NCBI GenBank assembly: GCA_963727505.1
Contig: CAVSGP010000009.1
Span: forward strand, 64,001-128,000
Source: an uncultured Trueperaceae bacterium
GTDB lineage: Bacteria; Deinococcota; Deinococci; Deinococcales; Trueperaceae
Direction of reading: 5' to 3'
DNA length: 64,000 nt
How positions within the stretch are numbered: position 1 is the first letter of the stretch; each line of letters begins with the position of its first letter. The notes beneath the pieces were generated by a model. It was not told the origin of the DNA. It saw nothing but the letters and a program-made list of their open reading frames with translations, and did not search any database. Below are positions 39,892 through 46,023 of the stretch, piece after piece. Both the position numbers and the translations under genes were made by a program.

Positions 39892-41499
39892 TCAGGCGGG
39901 GGCGGGTGCGACCGCGAGTACGTCCGGGTCGTTCATCGCCCAGGCCGGGTAGGGCTCGTGCCGCAGGAAGCGAGCGGCGTAGAGCGCGGCCAGCTTCGCG
40001 TAGCGCCCGCTCCGCCCTGCATCGAGGGCGTACAGGAACGCCACCTGGGCGACGTCCGCCAGGCGTGCCAGCAGGTCCTTGCCGATCCACTGTGCCTGCA
40101 GCGCGTCGAGGCCCGTGAGCGATGCCAGGGCGTCGTCGAGAACCTGCGTGGCGTGGTGCGCTTCGGGCGTCGCCGCGGCGCCTAGGAGCCCGCGCATGGC
40201 GTCGGCGAAGGGGAGATGGGCGCCCTTCTTGTCCATCACCTCGAGCAGGTCGAGGGCCTGGATGTTGCTCGGCCCCTCCCAGATGGGCGTGATCAGGGCC
40301 TCGCGGTGCCAGCGCGCCACGGCGTACTCCTCCAGGAAGCCGAGCCCGCCGAACAGCTCCATGGCGAGCCGCGTCACCTCGGCGGCGTGATCGGCGGTGC
40401 GGTTCTTCGCCAGGTGTCCGAGCAGGCGCGCGTAGTGGTAGTCGCCCGAGTACGGCGGGCGTTCGTGCCAGGCGCGATCGAAGGCGTCGACGGCCTGGAA
40501 CGCCAGAGCAAGGCCCCCCGCCTGGCGAACCGCGATATCGACGAGGTCGCGCCGGACGAGGGGGTGCTCGAGCAGGGGCCGGCCGAACGCGCGGCGCCTG
40601 CGCACTCGCTCCTCGACCTCCTGCGCCGCCTTGCGCGCGATACCCATGCTGGCGACGGAGTTGGCGAGACGTGAGACGGTGAGCGTCTCGAGCGTGTAGT
40701 AGATGCCCTCGTCGGCACGCCCGATCCGCTCCGCACGGCTGCCTTCGAGCTCGACCTCGCCGGAGGGAACGGCCCGCGTGGCGCTCTTGTCCTTGAGCCG
40801 CCGGACGCGGAAGTTGAGGGCGCCCGCCGCGTCGAGCCGGGGAACCAGGAACAGCGCAAGCCCCTTGGGGCCGGCCGGTGCCCCCTCCGGCCGCGCGGTG
40901 ACGACGGCGGCGTCGGTCAGGCCCGCGCCGCTCGCGAAGTACTTGTCCCCACCCTCGAGACGCCAGCCGTCACCGTCGCGGCGGGCCACCGTGCGGTTGG
41001 AACCGAGGTCGCTGCCGCCCTGGTTCTCCGTCATCCAGGTGGCGCCGTAGAGGTCCAGGCCGAGCAGCGCCTGCTTCAGGTCCTCATGCTCGGGCGCGTA
41101 CTTGTGGAGCGCGTACGCCGTCTGCAGCGTGATGGTGAGGATGCAATACAGGCCGGGGTCGGCCAGCAGGTAGCCCAACGCGAAGTGGTGGTGCCAGCTC
41201 CCGCCCTCGAACGGCGGCCGCATCATGGGCGCCAGCTTCGGCATCAACGCGCGCTGCGCGGGGCTGAGGCGGACGCGGTCGATGCGGTTGCCGTCGAGGT
41301 CGTGACTGACCAGCACCGGCTGCGCATCGTGATCGACGTGGTAGGCGACCTCGTAGGCCTCGCCGTTGGCGAGGGCACCGAAGGCGGCGAGCGCCTCCTC
41401 GTGCTCGGCCATCGCCGGCCAGACGCCGCGCAAGACCGCCTTCAGGTCGGGGTCGCGGAGCCAGGCGTTGGTGCCGTACGCATAGGACTGGAACTCCAT
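39892..41499 (-). CDS. Acyl-CoA dehydrogenase (AidB-like)
   Basis: WMTENQGGSDL, RRLKDK, FGGLGFLEE and PIWEGPSN; AGGAGG RBS and TACAAT upstream. Confidence 0.9.
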   Translation of the reverse strand: MEFQSYAYGTNAWLRDPDLKAVLRGVWPAMAEHEEALAAFGALANGEAYEVAYHVDHDAQPVLVSHDLDGNRIDRVRLSPAQRALMPKLAPMMRPPFEGGSWHHHFALGYLLADPGLYCILTITLQTAYALHKYAPEHEDLKQALLGLDLYGATWMTENQGGSDLGSNRTVARRDGDGWRLEGGDKYFASGAGLTDAAVVTARPEGAPAGPKGLALFLVPRLDAAGALNFRVRRLKDKSATRAVPSGEVELEGSRAERIGRADEGIYYTLETLTVSRLANSVASMGIARKAAQEVEERVRRRRAFGRPLLEHPLVRRDLVDIAVRQAGGLALAFQAVDAFDRAWHERPPYSGDYHYARLLGHLAKNRTADHAAEVTRLAMELFGGLGFLEEYAVARWHREALITPIWEGPSNIQALDLLEVMDKKGAHLPFADAMRGLLGAAATPEAHHATQVLDDALASLTGLDALQAQWIGKDLLARLADVAQVAFLYALDAGRSGRYAKLAALYAARFLRHEPYPAWAMNDPDVLAVAPAPA

Positions 41500-41687
41500 G
41501 GTTGCCTCCTGCCGTGGCTGGATTGTAGAGCGGCAAACCGTGATGGTGCCCGGTTGTCCCGTAGCGCGCTGCGTCGGGCCCGGCAGGGGAGCGTGCGGTC
41601 GGCGCCGGGACCACGCCGGGACCACGCCGGGACGAACGCCCCTCGTTGCCTCGCCCACCCGAAGGGCGAGCCGTAGGGGGACGGATC

Positions 41688-42464
41688 TCAGCCCAACCAG
41701 GGCACGGGGACCTGCAGGTGGTAGAACAGCGCAATCGCGATTCCCACGGAGAAGAGCTGGTGCAACGGGACCAGCACGCCGGGCCGTTCGGACGACGCGT
41801 TGATCGCCTGGAACGTCAGGAAGCCGAGACCGACCTGCGCCAGGAGGAACAGCAGGGCCACGTTGTTGGTCGGCGTCTCGTAGGCGAGGGTCAGAAGGAA
41901 CAGCAGCACGGCCAGGCCGTGCACCACCCATACCCACTGCGCCAACGAACGCGGCCAGGTGAACACGCCGATCGCCTTGCCGAACCCCCGTTGCCCCGTC
42001 ACCATGCCACCCAAGAAGATCACCAGCAGGAACGAGTGGAGGGGAATCCCCGTCTCGAGGTAGAACCCGAGCCCCGGGCCGTGGGTCAGCATCAGGAGGT
42101 AGGTGAACAGCGTCGAGTAGGCGAGCAGACCGTGGAGACCCTGCAGCGCCGAGGGCGCCTTGCCGGCCAGGACGAAGAGCGTCGCCATGCCGAGCAGCGC
42201 GGTGAACACGATGAGCCCGAGGCCGGTCCAGGCGAGGCCATCGGAACGAAGCGCCAGGATGGCCAGCGCGTTGAGGCCGAGCAGGGTCGCGATGATCCGA
42301 TGCCAGGCCTCGGGATCGCCCCCGAACGCCAGAGCCACGATGTTGCGCGTGTAGGGCCAACGCGTGCCGAGCGACAGACCGTAGCCGTAGCCTTCGACCA
42401 TGCCACCGACCACGATCAAGCCGGCGGCCAGGACCACCTGGACGAGGATGAGCCCGTATGCCAT
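41688..42464 (-). CDS. Short heme A synthase (CtaA/COX15)-like membrane protein
   Basis: About 8 TM; DPEAWHR (ExxHR) plus three more TM His (GLHG, VVHG, PLHQ); GYGLSLGTRWP without the Cys pair. Confidence 0.7.
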   Translation of the reverse strand: MAYGLILVQVVLAAGLIVVGGMVEGYGYGLSLGTRWPYTRNIVALAFGGDPEAWHRIIATLLGLNALAILALRSDGLAWTGLGLIVFTALLGMATLFVLAGKAPSALQGLHGLLAYSTLFTYLLMLTHGPGLGFYLETGIPLHSFLLVIFLGGMVTGQRGFGKAIGVFTWPRSLAQWVWVVHGLAVLLFLLTLAYETPTNNVALLFLLAQVGLGFLTFQAINASSERPGVLVPLHQLFSVGIAIALFYHLQVPVPWLG

Positions 42465-42542
42465 CGACGCACAGCCTACCGTGACCCGCGCCTCGGCGGC
42501 GCGGGTTCGGCCGGGCGGGCGTGAACGGCGGCTGGACGAGCC

Positions 42543-42824
42543 TCAGGCGGGAGCGGCGTACTCCAGCTGGTCCACGAGACGGTCCAGGGCGTCGAAACCG
42601 TGCACGCGCGCGATCTCGAGCGGGCTGCGATTCTTGAGCTCGGCGTCGGGCGTGTTCAGGAAACGCCGGATGCGCGCCTCGTCGTGGTCGAAGACGGACG
42701 TCAGGCGCCGCACCACGGACGGAGCGAGATGCGCACTCTCGCGCACCCGCTTCGCCGGCGCCAGATAGCGCAAGAGTCTTCGCTGCAGGCGCTGTTCAGC
42801 TTCGGGCCGATCGATCTGGTCCAT
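42543..42824 (-). CDS. Xre/MbcA/ParS antitoxin C-terminal-like (DUF2384) protein
   Basis: VF...ARIRRFLNTPDAELKNRSPLE...G...L...LEY pattern; GGAGG RBS. Confidence 0.7.
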   Translation of the reverse strand: MDQIDRPEAEQRLQRRLLRYLAPAKRVRESAHLAPSVVRRLTSVFDHDEARIRRFLNTPDAELKNRSPLEIARVHGFDALDRLVDQLEYAAPA

Positions 42825-43033
42825 CGAACTCGCCTCCACATGACGAGGCTAGGGGGCGGCCGTGAGTTCGCCATGACATGACGACGAGAGCGTCCTCATG
42901 CCGTCCATGGCGGCCCGTCCGGGCGTTCGCGGTTCGTTCACACAGCCTCCCCCCAACCTTCCCACGGCAGGTCCTACGCTGCAGGAGACATCGGGGCCCT
43001 CGAACCGAACCCCGGCCCCCGAAGGAGACCACC

Positions 43034-43618
43034 ATGACCCGGAACCGCACTCTCGCCCTCAGCCTCGTGATCGCCGGGGCGCTCGTCGCCTCGATGGCGC
43101 TTGCCTACGGTCCCCGAAACGCTCAGCGCTCCGCCGGCCCGCAGGGCCCCGCGAACTTCGACCGCGGCCCGGTGGCCGGAATACAGGCTGCGACCCACGC
43201 CGATCTCGCCGCCTTGCTCGGGATCAGCGAGGACGCCCTGGTCGCCGAGCGCCAGAGCGGGAAAACGGTCGCCGATCTGCTCGTCGAGCACGGCTTGACC
43301 ACGGCCGACGCCAGCGCAACGCTCGTGGCCCAGCGTGATTCGCGCATCGACGCAGCGGTTGCCGCGGGCACGGTCGATGCCCAACGCGCCGACGTGATGA
43401 AGAGCCGCACGCCCGACGCCATCGCAGCCATGCTCACGCGTGAGCTCGGCCCGCGCGCCGGCAACATGTTCGGGCCCTCGACCGGGAACCGGAACGCGAC
43501 CCCCATGAGCACACGGGCGCAGCGTGGCGGAGGCCAGGGCTGGCAGACGGGGAACCGTGGCGGTCCCGGTATGGGCATGCACGAGCCCGGCTACCGCTTC
43601 AGCCTTCCCAACAACTGA
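43034..43618 (+). CDS. Secreted helical protein of unknown function
   Basis: Signal peptide ending ALA; LAALLGISEDAL..ERQSGKTVADL motif; AAGGAG RBS. Confidence 0.8.
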   Translation: MTRNRTLALSLVIAGALVASMALAYGPRNAQRSAGPQGPANFDRGPVAGIQAATHADLAALLGISEDALVAERQSGKTVADLLVEHGLTTADASATLVAQRDSRIDAAVAAGTVDAQRADVMKSRTPDAIAAMLTRELGPRAGNMFGPSTGNRNATPMSTRAQRGGGQGWQTGNRGGPGMGMHEPGYRFSLPNN

Positions 43619-43642
43619 CCCGACGCCTCCTCCTAGCTGGTT

Positions 43643-43676
43643 GCCCGCCCGGGGTATCGCCTCCCCCCGGGCGGGC
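43643..43676. terminator. 12-bp GC hairpin between convergent genes
   Basis: GCCCGCCCGGGG-N10-CCCCGGGCGGGC. Confidence 0.6.
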
Positions 43677-43683
43677 GATCGCG

Positions 43684-44478
43684 TCATGGGACCGAAGAAG
43701 AGTCGCCGCCGATGCGCAGGTCAGGTAGGTCGGCGGCCAGCCGACGCGCGTAGGCGGGCTCGTGGTCCCAGCACGAGGCAACCTCCCAGGCGCGTAACGC
43801 CGCTTCCGCGGCCTCCCAGCCCGGGCGCGGGCGGCCGCCGAGCGCGATCGACAACGCCACCTCATCGAGGATCGACGCGTCCACGCGGGCCTCGTCCCAA
43901 TCGACCAGTGCCACGTTGCCTTCCGGCGTCACCAGGATGTTCTCGCGCTGCAGGTCCCCGTGGACGACCGAGCGCGGAGCGCCGGCGAGACGCGCCCAGG
44001 CGGCCCTGCACGCGTCGGCCACGTCGTGGGGCATGCCGTCGAGCTCGATGTCGCCGGCGCTACGACGTTCGACCATGGCGGCGCTCGATGCGAAGCCGGG
44101 GCGCTGGGTCGTCCCTCGGGTGGCGTCGTGGAAACCGCGCAGGAGAGTCCGCAGGCGGGCGAGGCTGCGGGCGTCGGCGGGACGGCCGTCGATGAAGCGT
44201 TCCAAGGTGATTCCGTCCTCGACCAGGTACCCGGCCCGGCTGCGCAGCGGTTCCGGGGTCACCAGCCCGATCTCGCGAGCCTGGACGTGCACCGCCTCGA
44301 GCCAGCTCAGCGCCTCGGCGCTGCGTCGCGTCCCTTTGGCGACGAGCGTCTCGCCGGCACGTTCGACCAGCAGGACGGGGTTGCGGTTCCCTCCCGGCAG
44401 CTCGCGCACGACGCGGAGCTCGCCCCAGGCCGTCGTGCGCTCGAGTCGTTCCTGCAAGCTGCGCGCCGAGAACGCCAC
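43684..44478 (-). CDS. APH/choline-kinase-like phosphotransferase (start uncertain)
   Basis: LPGGNRN, VVHGDLQRENIL and LVDWDE. Confidence 0.85.
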   Translation of the reverse strand: MAFSARSLQERLERTTAWGELRVVRELPGGNRNPVLLVERAGETLVAKGTRRSAEALSWLEAVHVQAREIGLVTPEPLRSRAGYLVEDGITLERFIDGRPADARSLARLRTLLRGFHDATRGTTQRPGFASSAAMVERRSAGDIELDGMPHDVADACRAAWARLAGAPRSVVHGDLQRENILVTPEGNVALVDWDEARVDASILDEVALSIALGGRPRPGWEAAEAALRAWEVASCWDHEPAYARRLAADLPDLRIGGDSSSVP

Positions 44479-44531
44479 GCGTGCCCGGCGTTCCTTCGGT
44501 TCGTCGCCCCCCACCACGTTCCTCGGTCGTC

Positions 44532-45332
44532 CTACTCGTTGGGCGGCGAGCCCGGTGGCACGGGGATTCGGCGCCGATGTTCGATGCGCATCGACGTGCC
44601 GGCGAACGCGGCCGCGTCGGCGTCGAGCGGGATGCTGGTTGACGGCGTGCCGATGCCGAACCCCTGAAGGTGGGTGACGCCCAGGTCCTTGAGTTGCTGA
44701 CGGACGGTCGGATCCTCGACGCCCTCCGCCACCACGATGCCGAAGCGGTCGAGAGCGTCCGCCACCAGATCGATGGCGCGCTGCTGGTAGGTGCCTCCGA
44801 GGAGTGCGGGCAGCAGGCTTCGATCGAGCTTGACGCCGTCGATCGGTGCGCCCTTCCGGAAGCGGTGGTCGAGGTCGTCGAAGGTCACGTCGTCGAGAAG
44901 GACGATCGCGCAATGGTCGCGCACGCCCTCGAGCCCCTGCCAGTAGGCGTCGAGATTGCGGATCTGCTGCTCGGTGAGCTCGACGACGAGGCGCTGCTGC
45001 AGCTCGGGTTTCAGGCTGCGGAGGGCGTGCACGGCAGCTGGTTGCGTCACCTGGGCGGGACTCAGGTTGATGCTCAGGCGCGCCCCGGGCGAAGCGAGCA
45101 GCGCTTCCGCGGCGCGCGCCACGGTGAAGCGCGTGAAGGCCTCGCTGCGGGTGGGGGCAAGCCAGTAGGGCAGGACGTCCAAGGGTCCACGTACCGTGCC
45201 GTCCGGAAGCCGCCAGCGCACCAGCGCCTCGTACCAATGCACGATGCCGGCCGCTGCCGATTCGATCGGCTGGAACTGATAGTGGAGGTCCTGCAGGCGG
45301 GGGTAGGGAACGTGGATGGGGTCGTACTTCAT
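44532..45332 (-). CDS. Stand-alone EAL-domain protein
   Basis: FQPI, YEALVRW, SINLS, VELTE, LDD, VKLDRS, VAEGVE and LQGF; loop 6 is DDVTFD instead of DDFGTG. Confidence 0.88.
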   Translation of the reverse strand: MKYDPIHVPYPRLQDLHYQFQPIESAAAGIVHWYEALVRWRLPDGTVRGPLDVLPYWLAPTRSEAFTRFTVARAAEALLASPGARLSINLSPAQVTQPAAVHALRSLKPELQQRLVVELTEQQIRNLDAYWQGLEGVRDHCAIVLLDDVTFDDLDHRFRKGAPIDGVKLDRSLLPALLGGTYQQRAIDLVADALDRFGIVVAEGVEDPTVRQQLKDLGVTHLQGFGIGTPSTSIPLDADAAAFAGTSMRIEHRRRIPVPPGSPPNE

Positions 45333-45434
45333 GACGGTGGCGATCCCGCCTCCCCCAGGGGGCGACGCGCCCCGCGAGCGAAGGCCGCAGGGCGCGTAAC
45401 AGGTCGATGGGGCGCTACGCCCCGTGCCGCACGC

Positions 45435-45578
45435 TCAGCCCGCGTCGTAGCTTCCGGACTGACTCCCCGAGTCGGCCAGCGTCATGCTCTGGTGAGCGAT
45501 GGTCACGCCCCCGGCGGCCGAGCCGAGCAGGACGAGTGCGAGAATAGTGCTGCGGATGATCTTCTTGAGCGTGGGCAC
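45435..45578 (-). CDS. 47-aa secreted peptide precursor MPTLKKIIRSTILALVLLGSAAGGVTIAHQSMTLADSGSQSGSYDAG (candidate signalling peptide)
   Basis: Translated by hand; perfect AAGGAGG RBS 5 nt before GTG; basic N-region, hydrophobic H-region and short polar tail; own -10 (TAGGCT 45653-45658). Confidence 0.8.
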   Translation of the reverse strand: MPTLKKIIRSTILALVLLGSAAGGVTIAHQSMTLADSGSQSGSYDAG

Positions 45579-45652
45579 CGGGTCCTCCTTGGGTTCCTTC
45601 TTGCTGGTTTCCCCTTTGGGTCTCCTCTGTCTCTGACCCTCTTGCTGCTTGG

Positions 45653-45737
45653 AGCCTACGGGTGGGGGCGCTTCAACCCCGCTTCAACCACGCGGGCTCG
45701 GGCTGAAGCGGGGGTGGAGCGCCCCCCGGCCTACCGT
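45653..45737. promoter_or_regulatory. Mirror-symmetric divergent promoter with 11-bp-period direct repeats
   Basis: Minus strand: GGTTGAAGC-gg-GGTTGAAGC-N11-TAGGCT. Plus strand: GGCTGAAGC-gg-GGGTGGAGC-N11-TACCGT. Confidence 0.75.
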
Positions 45738-45761
45738 GCGGGTCGAGAAGAGGAGGCAGGC

Positions 45762-45953
45762 ATGACGAGAGAAGAAGCCCTCCAACGGCTGGATGGAACG
45801 TGGTCGTTCGATGTCGTCGGGGACCAGGTTCTGATTCGAGAGTTGGGTCTGCTGTCGGCCGTCGACGCGATCCGTCGCGAGCGGTCGGCGGCGGGCCAGC
45901 GCCCGTTCGTCTCCACGGCGTCGTTCGAGGGGGCGGCCGCCTCCGGCGATTGA
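45762..45953 (+). CDS. Small hypothetical protein (63 aa)
   Basis: AGGAGG RBS; MTREEALQRLDGTWSFDVVGDQVLIRELGLL...; lies behind the plus-strand -10. Confidence 0.6.
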   Translation: MTREEALQRLDGTWSFDVVGDQVLIRELGLLSAVDAIRRERSAAGQRPFVSTASFEGAAASGD

Positions 45954-46023
45954 GCGCGACCGTCGACCGCAGCTCCAGGCGTGGTCGCGCGGGAGCTCGC
46001 GCCTATGCCGGTATGCTCATGAT

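Noticed and set aside
41603..41640. Short 11-bp tandem repeat GCCGGGACCAC
   Set aside because: Fewer than three copies in GC-rich intergenic DNA; no functional support.
45435..45578. RiPP precursor interpretation of the micropeptide
   Set aside because: It has a Sec-type signal rather than a RiPP leader, and no adjacent RRE, YcaO, LanM or SPASM maturase; the radical SAM gene is 24 kb away.
44670..45761. 427-aa plus-strand ORF 44670-45953
   Set aside because: Antisense to the EAL and peptide genes; only the RBS-preceded last 63 codons are credible.
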